Shown in pieces: positions 17,684 to 28,059 of a stretch of 64,000 bases of DNA. Origin of the DNA: an uncultured Chitinophaga sp. (GTDB taxonomy: Bacteria > Bacteroidota > Bacteroidia > UKL13-3). The translations under genes and the position numbers were made by a program. Positions within the stretch are counted from its first letter, which is position 1. Every line of letters starts with the position of its first letter. The notes under the pieces are model-generated. The model did not search any database, was not told where the DNA came from, and saw only the letters and a program-made list of their open reading frames with translations. The stretch is taken from positions 1,177-65,176 of the forward strand of contig CAZRVA010000001.1 of NCBI GenBank assembly GCA_964603255.1, in the 5' to 3' direction.

Positions 17684-19873
17684 ATGAAAGTAGCCAAGAA
17701 GAGTGCAAAGGATAGCCTAAAGGAATTTTTTGGTTTCGATAGCTTCAAGGGTGATCAGGAAAAAATAGTGAATAGCGTAATTAAAGGCGATGACACCTTT
17801 GTAATTATGCCAACTGGTGGCGGAAAGAGCTTGTGTTACCAATTACCTGCACTTATGTTGCCGGGTGTAACAATCATTATTTCACCACTTATTGCATTAA
17901 TGAAAAACCAAGTTGATCAACTTAGATCCTTTGGTACAGAGAATATTGCACATTTCTTGAATTCATCGTTAAGTAAGGGCGACATAACCCGCGTTAAAAA
18001 AGATGTGAGTGACGGGGCTACCAAGTTACTTTATATAGCCCCGGAAACATTAAAGAAAGACGAAACCATCGATTTCTTAAAATCAATAAACATATCATTT
18101 GTTGCGGTTGATGAAGCACATTGTATTAGTGAATGGGGACATGATTTCCGCCCAGAATACCGCAGAATCAAACAAATGATTAAAGAAATAAAGGATGTGC
18201 CAATGATGGCTTTAACAGCTACGGCCACTCCTAAAGTTCAGCAGGATATTCAGAAGAACTTACAAATGGGTGATGCTTTGGTATACAAATCATCGTTTAA
18301 CAGAACCAACTTATATTACGAGGTAAGACCTAAAGGTAAGAAAAACGATGTACTGAAAGACTTGGTCTCATACATCAAAACCCGTAAAGGCAAGAGTGGT
18401 ATTATTTACTGTTTAAGCCGCAAAAAAGTTGAAGAAATTGCAGGTGTACTTAAAGCAAATGGTGTTAAAGCTCTTCCATATCATGCTGGTTTAGATGCTA
18501 AAACACGCGCTGCTCACCAGGATGCATTTTTGATGGAAGATTGTGATGTGATTGTTGCAACCATTGCTTTTGGTATGGGTATTGACAAGCCGGATGTGCG
18601 TTTTGTAATACATTACGATGTACCAAAAAGTATTGAGGGTTATTACCAAGAAACCGGTCGTGCAGGCCGCGATGGTATTGATAGTGATTGTTTATTGTAC
18701 TACAACCCAGCTGACATTGATAAGCTTGAGAAGTTTATGAAAGACAAGCCGGTTGCCGAGCGTGAAATTGGTGAGTTACTTATTTTTGAAACTCAAGCTT
18801 TTGCTGAATCTTCAGCTTGTAGAAGAAAATTCTTATTGCACTATTTTGGTGAAGAATTTAACGATAAAGGTTGCAACAATATGTGCGATAATTGCCGTCA
18901 TCCTAAAACTAAAGTTGATGCAAAAGAAGAATCTGTGCTGGTGCTAAACACAATTAATGCTGTTAAAGGCAAATTTGTATTAAGCCACATAGTTGACATT
19001 TTAATTGGCAAAAAAACACACGAAGTTACTTTAAGCGGTCACGAAAAATTAGCGTCTTTTGGTAAAGGAAAATCACAAGACGAAAACTTCTGGAAATCGC
19101 TTATACGCGTATTGCTATTAAATGGTTTCATCACCAAAAATATTGAAAACTACGGCTTGCTGAGTGTAAACGAGCGTGGTGAAGCATTTTTAAAGAAACC
19201 TACTAAAATTGAAGTTGCCTTGGACCAAAAGTTTGAGAAGGTAACGGACGAAGACGAAAAAGATGTTGAAGTTGAGAATGTATACGATGAGGAGTTATTT
19301 GCTTTATTAAAAGACTTAACCAAAAAAGTAGGTAAACAACATAATTTACCTCCTTATGTAATTTTCCAGGAGCCATCGCTAGAAGAAATGGCAAGTAAGT
19401 ATCCAACAAGCATGGATGAACTTGCTAAAATAACTGGTGTAAATAAAGGTAAAGCAACCAAGTTTGGTAAACCATATATTGAGTTAATCGATAAGTACGT
19501 TAAAGATAACGATATCGAAAAACTAGATGAAATGGTAATGAAATCAGTAGTTAACAAATCTGCTAAAAAAATTGCCATCATCACTAACATCGATAAAAAA
19601 GTAAACTTACCAGACATTGCCCGCTCGCAAGGTTTAAAAATGGAAGAACTGCTAACTGAAATGGAAAACATTATATTGAGTGGTACCAAGTTAAACCTAA
19701 GAAGTTACATCAACGATATCGCTGATGAGGATTTACAAGATGAAGTGATGGACTACTTCAGGGGAGCACAAAATGATGATCTGGATGCTGCTGTAAATGA
19801 GTTTAGCTCTGATTTTAGTAAAGAGGAAGTACAGCTATTCCGATTACATTTTATCTCTGAGTTTGCATTCTAA
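17684..19873 (+). CDS. recQ: ATP-dependent DNA helicase RecQ
   Basis: Helicase motifs are present (PTGGGKSLCYQLPA, VDEAHCISEWGHDFR, the Zn-binding CRRKFLLHYFGE...CDNC) along with a C-terminal HRDC-like region. The ATG at 17684 was preferred over the ORF-track GTG at 17678. Confidence 0.9.
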   Translation: MKVAKKSAKDSLKEFFGFDSFKGDQEKIVNSVIKGDDTFVIMPTGGGKSLCYQLPALMLPGVTIIISPLIALMKNQVDQLRSFGTENIAHFLNSSLSKGDITRVKKDVSDGATKLLYIAPETLKKDETIDFLKSINISFVAVDEAHCISEWGHDFRPEYRRIKQMIKEIKDVPMMALTATATPKVQQDIQKNLQMGDALVYKSSFNRTNLYYEVRPKGKKNDVLKDLVSYIKTRKGKSGIIYCLSRKKVEEIAGVLKANGVKALPYHAGLDAKTRAAHQDAFLMEDCDVIVATIAFGMGIDKPDVRFVIHYDVPKSIEGYYQETGRAGRDGIDSDCLLYYNPADIDKLEKFMKDKPVAEREIGELLIFETQAFAESSACRRKFLLHYFGEEFNDKGCNNMCDNCRHPKTKVDAKEESVLVLNTINAVKGKFVLSHIVDILIGKKTHEVTLSGHEKLASFGKGKSQDENFWKSLIRVLLLNGFITKNIENYGLLSVNERGEAFLKKPTKIEVALDQKFEKVTDEDEKDVEVENVYDEELFALLKDLTKKVGKQHNLPPYVIFQEPSLEEMASKYPTSMDELAKITGVNKGKATKFGKPYIELIDKYVKDNDIEKLDEMVMKSVVNKSAKKIAIITNIDKKVNLPDIARSQGLKMEELLTEMENIILSGTKLNLRSYINDIADEDLQDEVMDYFRGAQNDDLDAAVNEFSSDFSKEEVQLFRLHFISEFAF

Positions 19874-19930
19874 TTTTGTTTTAAAGTACTTACTTATACA
19901 TTTGTTCATACATTTTATTTAACCAAGCTA

Positions 19931-21871
19931 GTGAACGATCATAACAAGTTATCAAAAGTATCTTTAGCAGGCCTTTTGGTAACCATGGGTATTATTTTTG
20001 GTGATATCGGAACGTCACCTCTATATGTTTTTAAGGCAATTGTTGCTGATAAGGTTATTACCCCAGATTTAATTCTAGGTGGATTATCAGCTGTTTTTTG
20101 GACCATCACCCTTCAAACTACAGTAAAGTATGTAATCATTGTTTTACGTGCTGATAACCATGGTGAAGGTGGAATATTTTCTCTTTATGCGCTTATTCGA
20201 AGAAGAAGGCCATACCTTATTTTACCGGCAATTATTGGTGGTTGTGCCTTACTTGCCGATGGTATGATTACACCTCCAATTTCAGTATCATCTGCGGTTG
20301 AAGGTTTACTTATTTTAAATCCCAATATTCCTACTATACCAATTGTAATTACCATCATAACTACCCTATTCCTAATTCAGCGTGTTGGTACCAGTATTGT
20401 AGGTAAGGTTTTCGGACCGGTAATGCTTGTTTGGTTTTTGATGCTAGGTGTTTTAGGTCTAATTAGCTTGAGTTCGCACCCAGAAGTTTTAAAAGCACTA
20501 AACCCCTATTATGCTTATAACTTGCTAGTTAATTATCCAAACGGATTTTGGCTTTTAGGCGCAGTGTTTTTATGTACTACCGGTGCGGAAGCGTTGTACT
20601 CAGACATGGGACATTGTGGTAAGAAAAATATCCGCATTAGCTGGATCTTTGTAAAGACCACACTCATATTAAACTATTTTGGGCAAGGAGCTTGGGTAAT
20701 AAATAGCATTGGTAAAGAAGTAGACAACATCAATCCATTTTATGCCATTATGCCTCAATGGTTTTTGATTCCTGGAATTGTGGTAGCAACTCTTGCTACA
20801 ATTATCGCAAGTCAGGCCATGATTAGTGGTTCGTTTACGTTAATAAGTGAAGCATTACGTTTAAATGTTTGGCCTAAAGTTAGAATCAAGTACCCATCAG
20901 ACGCTAAAGGACAACTTTACGTGCCAAGCGTTAACTGGATTTTATGGGCAGGCTGTATTGCCATCGTTTTATACTTTAAGGAATCATCGCGTATGGAAGC
21001 TGCATATGGTTTAGCCATTGTAACTACCATGATGATGACCACTATTTTATTATCAAGCTACTTGCGTAAAATAAGAACCCCAAAAGCAATAGTATTGGTG
21101 ATAACCATAGTTTATTTATCAATAGAATCGTGTTTCCTTATAGCCAACATTGTTAAAATTCCACATGGTGGTTGGATGACATTATTGGTGAGTTTAATAT
21201 TTATTACGGTAATGTGGGTTTGGTTTAAAGGTCGTAAAATTAAAAACCGACTAACAGAGTTTGTGAAGCTACGTGACTACATTCCCATTTTACAACAATT
21301 AAGTAACGATACTTCTATACCAAAATATGCCACGCATTTAGTTTACCTAACAAGTGCCGATAACACCATGGAGGTTGAAAACAAAGTGGTGTATAGCATC
21401 TTACAAAAACAACCTAAACGTGCCGATATTTATTGGTTCGTGCATATACATGTTGATGATCAACCATACACCATGGAGTACAAAGTTGACCATATAGCGA
21501 GCCATGATGTAATTAAAATTGATTTTAGATTAGGTTTTAGGGTTGAACAAAAAATTAATTTCTACTTCCGTAAAGTGGTTGAAGAATTAATGAAAAATCA
21601 TGAAGTGGATGTTACCAGCCGCTATGCATCATTAAGTAAACTGAATATTACAGGCGATTTTAGATTTGTAGTATTAAAACGCCACTTAAGTTACGAGAAC
21701 GAATTAAGCGTATACGAAAGTTTAATTATGGATGCCTACAGCGTATTAGATACGTTGAGTTTAAGTGAAGAAAAAGCCTTTGGGTTGGATACAAGTTCTG
21801 TTACCGTTGAGAAAGTACCGATGATTGTTGCACCTGTGAAAGAGTTTAAACTAAAGCGCGTTTATAAGTAA
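19931..21871 (+). CDS. kup: KUP/HAK/KT family potassium uptake transporter
   Basis: The hallmark GDIGTSPLY motif lies near the N-terminus, the protein is polytopic, and the ~640 aa length fits. The start is probably the GTG at 19931, since there is no in-frame ATG upstream of the motif. Confidence 0.85.
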   Translation: MNDHNKLSKVSLAGLLVTMGIIFGDIGTSPLYVFKAIVADKVITPDLILGGLSAVFWTITLQTTVKYVIIVLRADNHGEGGIFSLYALIRRRRPYLILPAIIGGCALLADGMITPPISVSSAVEGLLILNPNIPTIPIVITIITTLFLIQRVGTSIVGKVFGPVMLVWFLMLGVLGLISLSSHPEVLKALNPYYAYNLLVNYPNGFWLLGAVFLCTTGAEALYSDMGHCGKKNIRISWIFVKTTLILNYFGQGAWVINSIGKEVDNINPFYAIMPQWFLIPGIVVATLATIIASQAMISGSFTLISEALRLNVWPKVRIKYPSDAKGQLYVPSVNWILWAGCIAIVLYFKESSRMEAAYGLAIVTTMMMTTILLSSYLRKIRTPKAIVLVITIVYLSIESCFLIANIVKIPHGGWMTLLVSLIFITVMWVWFKGRKIKNRLTEFVKLRDYIPILQQLSNDTSIPKYATHLVYLTSADNTMEVENKVVYSILQKQPKRADIYWFVHIHVDDQPYTMEYKVDHIASHDVIKIDFRLGFRVEQKINFYFRKVVEELMKNHEVDVTSRYASLSKLNITGDFRFVVLKRHLSYENELSVYESLIMDAYSVLDTLSLSEEKAFGLDTSSVTVEKVPMIVAPVKEFKLKRVYK

Positions 21872-22074
21872 TGGACGGCACAATAAGAGCAAACATAAAA
21901 CGAGGCGATTTGGTAAACATTATTTTAAAAAAAGACCAACGCACAGGTGTTTTAACCGAAGGTATAGTTAAAGATATTTTAACCAGCGCACCTAAGCATC
22001 ACAGAGGAATTAAGGTGAGGCTTGAAGATGGGCAAATAGGACGTGTACAAGAAATTATTGAAGACGATTTTTAA
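21871..22074 (+). CDS. YwbE-like small conserved protein (DUF2196 family)
   Basis: The 67-aa protein MDGTIRANIKRGDLVNIILKKDQRTGVLTEGIVKDILTSAPKHHRGIKVRLEDGQIGRVQEI matches the YwbE pattern. Its start overlaps the kup stop (TAATG). Confidence 0.65.
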   Translation: MDGTIRANIKRGDLVNIILKKDQRTGVLTEGIVKDILTSAPKHHRGIKVRLEDGQIGRVQEIIEDDF

Positions 22075-22078
22075 TAAA

Positions 22079-22118
22079 AACAGGCTGTTATCAACTAAGA
22101 TTAACAGCCTGTTTTGTT
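22079..22118. terminator. Bidirectional rho-independent terminator between ywbE-like (+) and the acyl-CoA ligase (-)
   Basis: 12-bp perfect stem aacaggctgtta ... taacagcctgtt, flanked by an A-run upstream and a T-run downstream. Confidence 0.8.
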
Positions 22119-22134
22119 ATGAATATTTTGGTAG

Positions 22135-24012
22135 TTACTCCACAATTTTTATGTACATATTTTTAATTGCTTCCTCGTATTTTTTCTCTACAATTTTGCG
22201 CTTAATTTTTTGAGTTGGAGTCATCTCTTCTGCCTCTAAACTAAATGGTTTACGCTTAACTATGAAATGACGTACACGCTCAAACTTACCTAAATCTTTT
22301 TCGTATTTACGCATGTCTTCTTCAATCCATTTGTACATTTTTTCATCGTCAATAAAATCAGAACCTTCGTTTAAATATTTATCATCCACACCAAAAGTTT
22401 CTTTCATCTCTTCCCTACTCGGAACAATAATAGCCGTTAAGTATTCTTGCTTATCACCAATTAAAAATATTTGCTCAATGCGCGATGATTTCATGTATGC
22501 ATTTTCAATTGGTGTTGGGTAAACATTTTTACCAAACGAGTTCACCAAAATATTTTTAATCCTATCGGTAATTTTTAAATAGCCTTTGTAAAACTTGCCA
22601 ACATCACCCGTATGCAACCAACCATCTGCATCAATAGCAGCGGCCGTTTGCTCAGGCAAATTCCAGTAGCCCTTCATTACGTTCGGACCTTTCACCAAAA
22701 TTTCACCTTCTGCACTTTCAAAGTTAGGGTCAAAACTATCGTAAGTTTGTGTGGTATAAATTTCTTTAGTATCCGGATTTTGAATAGCAACCGTACAGCC
22801 TCTACCAATGCGCCCTACCGAGCCAAAAACTTGTCTGTTTGGTTCATTAACCGAAACCAAAGGAGATGTTTCTGTTAAACCATAACCTTCGCAAACCAGC
22901 ACACCAATGTTTCCAAAAAACTCACCAACATGCTGCGGCAATGCACCACCACCCGAAATCATAATTTCCATTTTACCACCCAAGCGTTGTTTTACTTTGC
23001 TAAACACTAACTTTTCGGCTATGGCCAATTGCAAGTTTAATAAAGGCCCGTTGCTTTGGTTTGATTCTTTATTTAGTCTGCGTTGCTCACCAACACTTAA
23101 TGCCCAATTAAATATTTTAAGTTTTAATCCGCCTGCACTTGCTGTTGTTTTGCGCACGCGTTCTTCTATACGCTCAAGTAAACGTGGTACCGTTAAAATA
23201 GCGGTTGGCGTTACCTCACTAATGTTACTGCTTAACGCCTCTAAACTTTGGGCAAAGGCAATTTCGCTTCCTATATACGTACTTAAATAATAGGTTGCCG
23301 TACGCTCGTATACGTGGCTTAAAGGTAAAAATGATAAAAAGCGATAATCTTTATTTACAATAGGCATTAAATCAATGGCCATAATTACGTTACTCATAAA
23401 ATTGTTATGAGTTAACATAGCACCTTTTGGTAATGCTGTTGTACCGGATGTGTATAACAAACAAGATAAATCATCAGGAGTAACTGATTTTAGTTGCTCT
23501 TCTATTTTGTCTTGTAGTGATGGATACAATTTTTTGCCTTCATCAATCATTTCAGCATATGAAATGGCATCATCACTTTTCTTATCATTAAACGCGGTAA
23601 TGATGTATTTTAAGTGAGGACAATTGGCTTTTATCTTGTTTATTTTTTTGAGTAAAAATGGTGTTCCCACCAAAATCACAGCCGACTGTGAATCATTTAA
23701 TATATGTTGAATTTCACTTTCGCTCAAAGTTGGATAGATAGAAACATTTACCATACCCAATTGCATTAAACCTTGATCAAAGGCAATATACTCCGGGCAG
23801 TTTTCTATTATCAGCGCAGCCTTATCACCCTTTTTATAGCCTTTGTTTATTAAAAATGCTGATACAGCATTCAATTCATCAAAAACCTGAGCATAGGTTA
23901 TGGGTTGATAAGCGGCATCATTTTTTGCAAGCAAAAAAGTGCTTTGAGGTGTTTTAATATTGTTTGCCGCGTTGCGTAAAAAGTAATGTAACGATGTAAA
24001 TTTTTGTTGCAT
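22135..24012 (-). CDS. Long-chain fatty acid--CoA ligase (AMP-dependent synthetase/ligase)
   Basis: AMP-binding signature LLYTSGTTALPKGAMLTHNNF and the ~625 aa length are typical of FadD-like ligases. Confidence 0.85.
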   Translation of the reverse strand: MQQKFTSLHYFLRNAANNIKTPQSTFLLAKNDAAYQPITYAQVFDELNAVSAFLINKGYKKGDKAALIIENCPEYIAFDQGLMQLGMVNVSIYPTLSESEIQHILNDSQSAVILVGTPFLLKKINKIKANCPHLKYIITAFNDKKSDDAISYAEMIDEGKKLYPSLQDKIEEQLKSVTPDDLSCLLYTSGTTALPKGAMLTHNNFMSNVIMAIDLMPIVNKDYRFLSFLPLSHVYERTATYYLSTYIGSEIAFAQSLEALSSNISEVTPTAILTVPRLLERIEERVRKTTASAGGLKLKIFNWALSVGEQRRLNKESNQSNGPLLNLQLAIAEKLVFSKVKQRLGGKMEIMISGGGALPQHVGEFFGNIGVLVCEGYGLTETSPLVSVNEPNRQVFGSVGRIGRGCTVAIQNPDTKEIYTTQTYDSFDPNFESAEGEILVKGPNVMKGYWNLPEQTAAAIDADGWLHTGDVGKFYKGYLKITDRIKNILVNSFGKNVYPTPIENAYMKSSRIEQIFLIGDKQEYLTAIIVPSREEMKETFGVDDKYLNEGSDFIDDEKMYKWIEEDMRKYEKDLGKFERVRHFIVKRKPFSLEAEEMTPTQKIKRKIVEKKYEEAIKNMYIKIVE

Positions 24013-24136
24013 ATTTTATCTCTTTAGTTTGAGGGTGATACAACTGTGAACGCACAATTCTACCATCGGTTTTAGTTCCCTAAAAAACTAACCGAAATAC
24101 ATAAATACAAAAAAAAACTAAAGTTGTTTAAAGAAG

Positions 24137-24691
24137 TTATCGAGAGGCAGGGAATCTCATCTTATAATCTACACGAACGCCACCTTTTGAGATATTAATC
24201 AACTTATTTTTAAGTAAGCGTTTTTTCAATTCACTTAATCTATCAACAAACATAATTCCTTTCACATGGTCGTACTCGTGCTGTATTACACGCGCTACAA
24301 TTCCATCGTATGTTTCTTCGTGTGTTTCAAAATTTTCGTCTTGGTAACGTATACGCAAAGTTTCGTGGCGTTTTACATTTTCACGAATGTGCGGAATACT
24401 CAGGCAGCCTTCTTCAAAATCCCACTTATCTCCGGTTTCCTCTAATATTTCAGCATTAATAAATACCTTTTTTACATCAGGGTATTTCTCGTCTTCAAAC
24501 CTGCTGCTATCAATAATAAATAAATTAATGGCTTTGCCTATTTGTGGGGCAGCCAATCCTACACCATGCGATTCGTACATGGTTTCGAACATATTCTCTA
24601 TTAATTCTTTTAACTGAGGATAGTCTTTGTCAATTGTTGCGCCTACTTTTCTTAATACCGGATCACCGTATGCTACTATTGGGTATATCAT
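24137..24691 (-). CDS. def: Peptide deformylase
   Basis: Motifs GVGLAAPQIG, EGCLSIP and HEYDHVKG are present. Confidence 0.9.
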   Translation of the reverse strand: MIYPIVAYGDPVLRKVGATIDKDYPQLKELIENMFETMYESHGVGLAAPQIGKAINLFIIDSSRFEDEKYPDVKKVFINAEILEETGDKWDFEEGCLSIPHIRENVKRHETLRIRYQDENFETHEETYDGIVARVIQHEYDHVKGIMFVDRLSELKKRLLKNKLINISKGGVRVDYKMRFPASR

Positions 24692-24713
24692 TAAAATACT
24701 TCTAAAATATTGT

Positions 24714-25124
24714 TTAAATCATTTGCATATAGGTTTGCAAAATCAATACGGCACTTACTTGGTCAACGTTACCTTTATTTGCCCTATCTTTCTTTTTCAA
24801 ACCCATTTCCAATAAACTTCTTGTTGCAATGGTTGATGTAAAACGCTCATCAACACGCTGAATAGGAATATTTGGAAAATTTTTGCGCAGCAAATTTACG
24901 AAATTTTCTACATGAACAGCCGATTGAGAATCAGAACCATCCAAACGCTTAGGTAAACCTACCACAAAACATTCTACTTCTTCTTTAGCTGTGTAGTTTG
25001 TTAAGTAGGTAATTACATCTTTTGCATGCACGGTATCAAGCGAACTTGCAATAATTTTTAAAGGGTCGGTTACAGCTAATCCTACACGTTTTGTACCGTA
25101 ATCTATTGCAAGTATGCGTGCCAT
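24714..25124 (-). CDS. ruvX: Holliday junction resolvase-like RNase RuvX/YqgF
   Basis: MARILAIDYGTKRVGLAVTD... is typical of YqgF; 136 aa. Confidence 0.85.
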   Translation of the reverse strand: MARILAIDYGTKRVGLAVTDPLKIIASSLDTVHAKDVITYLTNYTAKEEVECFVVGLPKRLDGSDSQSAVHVENFVNLLRKNFPNIPIQRVDERFTSTIATRSLLEMGLKKKDRANKGNVDQVSAVLILQTYMQMI

Positions 25125-25145
25125 TTTTGTTAGGATGATGTTGAG

Positions 25146-26180
25146 TTAAAATGCTTTCCAACCTTGCGCCTTTAGCGGATGTTTATTTCCACCTTTGCTG
25201 GTCATGTAAATTCCCTCAGCAGCCTCGGTTACATAACCAATAATGCTGATATCAGGTTGGTTCTTCACCTTTTCAAAATCTGTTTGGTTAACAGTAAAAA
25301 GTAATTCATAATCTTCACCGCCACTTAAAGCTGTCATAGTTGGATCAAGGTCTAATTCCCTGGCCATATCATATGTTAGTGGATCTAACGGAATTTTATC
25401 TTCAAACAAATTCATACCTACATTAGAGTGGCGGCATAAATGCATAATCTCTGAAGATAATCCATCACTCACATCAATCATACTGGTTGGTTTTACTCCA
25501 ATATCTTTCAGTAATTTTATTACGTCCTTGCGAGCTTCGGGTTTTAACTGCCTTTCTACAATGTAATCTTTACCTTCTAAATCGGGCTGAATTTCAGGAT
25601 TAGCTAAAAACACACGTTTTTCGCGTTCAAGTAATTGGAATCCCATATATGCTCCACCCAAATCACCACTCACACAAAGTAAATCGTTAACTTTTGCTCC
25701 GCTGCGGTATACCAATTCATCTTCGGCAGCCTCACCCAAAGCAGTTACGCTAATTACCAAACCTTGTTTTGACGAACTTGTATCTCCACCAACCAAATCA
25801 ACCTCATAACGTTCGCAAGCCAACAACATTCCCGAGTAAAGTTCTTCCACAGCCTCTAAACTAAACTTACTGCTCAAGCCTAACGAGACAGTAACTTGAG
25901 TGGGCTTTGCATTCATGGCATAAATATCACTCAGGTTAACCACAATGGCTTTGTAACCCAAATGTTTTAACGGGAAATAACTCAAATCAAAATGAACACC
26001 TTCAAGCAATAAATCTGTACTTACTACAGTGCGTTGATTTAAGTGGTTAATTACTGCTGCATCATCTCCAACACCTTTTAAGGTTGATGGTTGATGCAAC
26101 TTGATATGAGCCGTTAATAAGTCTATTAAACCAAACTCTCCTAAACTTTCTAATTCGGTGCGTGTGCTGTTTTCTAACAT
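25146..26180 (-). CDS. thiL: Thiamine-monophosphate kinase
   Basis: PurM-like fold with GDDAAV...VVSTDLLLEGVHF...; ~344 aa. Confidence 0.75.
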   Translation of the reverse strand: MLENSTRTELESLGEFGLIDLLTAHIKLHQPSTLKGVGDDAAVINHLNQRTVVSTDLLLEGVHFDLSYFPLKHLGYKAIVVNLSDIYAMNAKPTQVTVSLGLSSKFSLEAVEELYSGMLLACERYEVDLVGGDTSSSKQGLVISVTALGEAAEDELVYRSGAKVNDLLCVSGDLGGAYMGFQLLEREKRVFLANPEIQPDLEGKDYIVERQLKPEARKDVIKLLKDIGVKPTSMIDVSDGLSSEIMHLCRHSNVGMNLFEDKIPLDPLTYDMARELDLDPTMTALSGGEDYELLFTVNQTDFEKVKNQPDISIIGYVTEAAEGIYMTSKGGNKHPLKAQGWKAF

Positions 26181-26199
26181 ACTTTTTTGTTAATGTTGT

Positions 26200-26727
26200 T
26201 TATCTTAATCTGTCTGCGCTTTTTACCAACTCTTCATCTTTACGAACCAACAATAAAGCACGTAAGTTTAAGTACAACATAAATATAATTAAAGCCAAAC
26301 CTACGCTTGCTTTTAATGTCATGTTAGCAAAAGTAAAATTAGGAATTTGTGTAAATGCTTTTGCCAAAACTGCAGTTAAATACATACCAATAAAAACAAA
26401 GTTTATTTTGGCATGCAGCATTTGGCGCTTGCGGTTTTTAAATCCGAAAATTACGTTTAACGTCCAACCAATTACAACAGAAACCAAAATGATTAAACCA
26501 TATTGAATTTCGCTGCTTTGCAAAGTTCCGTTAACGTATTGGTTAAAATAAATGGCGTTTAGGGTGTAAGCAACTGCCTGTCCGGTAACCGCAGTACCAT
26601 TAGCAGCATCAACACCGGCCTCGTTTGTAGGGTAACTGGCCTGAAAATCTATAATTTGTCCGGTGCAAGTAATTAAAGCTAAAACAACAATAGCAAATAA
26701 ATAAACGGTTTGAATACGTTGAATCAT
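26200..26727 (-). CDS. Hypothetical integral membrane protein (4 predicted TM segments)
   Basis: 175-aa ORF with hydrophobic helices. It is co-directional with thiL and only 19 nt upstream of it. No recognisable motif. Confidence 0.55.
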   Translation of the reverse strand: MIQRIQTVYLFAIVVLALITCTGQIIDFQASYPTNEAGVDAANGTAVTGQAVAYTLNAIYFNQYVNGTLQSSEIQYGLIILVSVVIGWTLNVIFGFKNRKRQMLHAKINFVFIGMYLTAVLAKAFTQIPNFTFANMTLKASVGLALIIFMLYLNLRALLLVRKDEELVKSADRLR

Positions 26728-26851
26728 GTGATTAAAATTTAAGTGCGAATGTACCGCAAAATTTCAATTATCTAAAAAGATGATACATTTGCGGCTGTTA
26801 TAAATACGGCAATAATCCATAGCCGCTACCAAACTTTAAAATAAATTGAAC

Positions 26852-28051
26852 ATGAAAACTGTATATGTTGTTGATGCAATGCGCACGCCTATTGGCAAAT
26901 ATGCCGGCACCTTAAGCTCGGTTCGTCCTGATGATTTGGCTGCACACATTATTAAAGCAATTATTGCACGCAACCCACAAATTGATGTAAACGAGATTGA
27001 AGATGTAATATTTGGCGCTGCAAACCAAGCCGGAGAAGACAACCGTAACGTGGCACGTATGGGAGCATTGATGGCAGGACTACCTACGACTGTTGGTGGT
27101 AATACCGTAAACCGACTTTGTGCATCTGGACTGCAAGCGATTGTAGATGCTAGTAGAAGCATAATGGTGGGTGATGGAGAAATATATATAGCCGGTGGTG
27201 TAGAAAGCATGACTCGCGCTCCGTTTGTAATGTTAAAATCAGACAGTGCATTTGGTCGTACCCCCGATATTGCAGATACGACCATTGGATGGCGTTTTAC
27301 CAATAAAAAATTGGCTTCCATGTATCATCCATACACCATGGGCGAAACTGCAGAAAATGTTGCTGAAAGATGGAAAATTACACGCGAAGAGCAAGATGCA
27401 TTTGCGGTTTCATCTCAACAAAAATATGCTGCTGCGCATGCAGCTAACCGTTTTGCAGAAGAGATTGCACCGGTTGCCATACCTCAAAAAAAAGGTGATG
27501 ATTTGCTTTTTGCAAAAGATGAGCACCCACGTTTAAGCACCATGGAAGATTTGGCAAAACTTAAACCTGCATTTAAAAAGGATGGAGGAACAGTTACAGC
27601 AGGAAACTCAAGTGGTGTTAATGATGGTTCGGCTGCATTAATTCTTGCAAGCGAAGAAGCTGTAAAAAAATATAATTTAAAACCTATGGCTCGTGTAGTT
27701 GCTCGTGGTGTGGCTGGCGTTGATCCTGCCATTATGGGCATAGGACCGGTGCCTGCAACACAAAAAGCAGTGCAACGTGCCGGTTTAAAAATGAGCGATA
27801 TAGGTTTGTTTGAGTTAAATGAAGCATTTGCTTCGCAGAGTTTAGCTTGCGTTAGAGACTTAGGAATCGACCCAAATATTGTTAATGTAAACGGAGGCGC
27901 AATTGCATTAGGACATCCATTAGGCGCAAGTGGTGCCCGTATATCAACCACCTTATTACATGAAATGCAAAAACGAAACATACGTTATGGTGTTGCAACC
28001 ATGTGTATTGGCGTTGGTCAAGGTGTAGCTGTGGTTTACGAAAAAATGTAA
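26852..28051 (+). CDS. Acetyl-CoA C-acyltransferase (thiolase)
   Basis: Thiolase N-terminus VVDAMRTPIGKYAGTLSSVRPDDL and active-site Cys contexts (NRLCASGLQA; GHPLGASGARI; C-terminal CIGVGQG). Confidence 0.88.
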   Translation: MKTVYVVDAMRTPIGKYAGTLSSVRPDDLAAHIIKAIIARNPQIDVNEIEDVIFGAANQAGEDNRNVARMGALMAGLPTTVGGNTVNRLCASGLQAIVDASRSIMVGDGEIYIAGGVESMTRAPFVMLKSDSAFGRTPDIADTTIGWRFTNKKLASMYHPYTMGETAENVAERWKITREEQDAFAVSSQQKYAAAHAANRFAEEIAPVAIPQKKGDDLLFAKDEHPRLSTMEDLAKLKPAFKKDGGTVTAGNSSGVNDGSAALILASEEAVKKYNLKPMARVVARGVAGVDPAIMGIGPVPATQKAVQRAGLKMSDIGLFELNEAFASQSLACVRDLGIDPNIVNVNGGAIALGHPLGASGARISTTLLHEMQKRNIRYGVATMCIGVGQGVAVVYEKM

Positions 28052-28059
28052 AACCTACC

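Noticed and set aside
26836-27981. Minus-strand ORFs 26836..27321 and 27484..27981 inside the thiolase gene; 28332..28646 inside truA
   Set aside because: They are fully overlapped by strongly motif-supported plus-strand genes.
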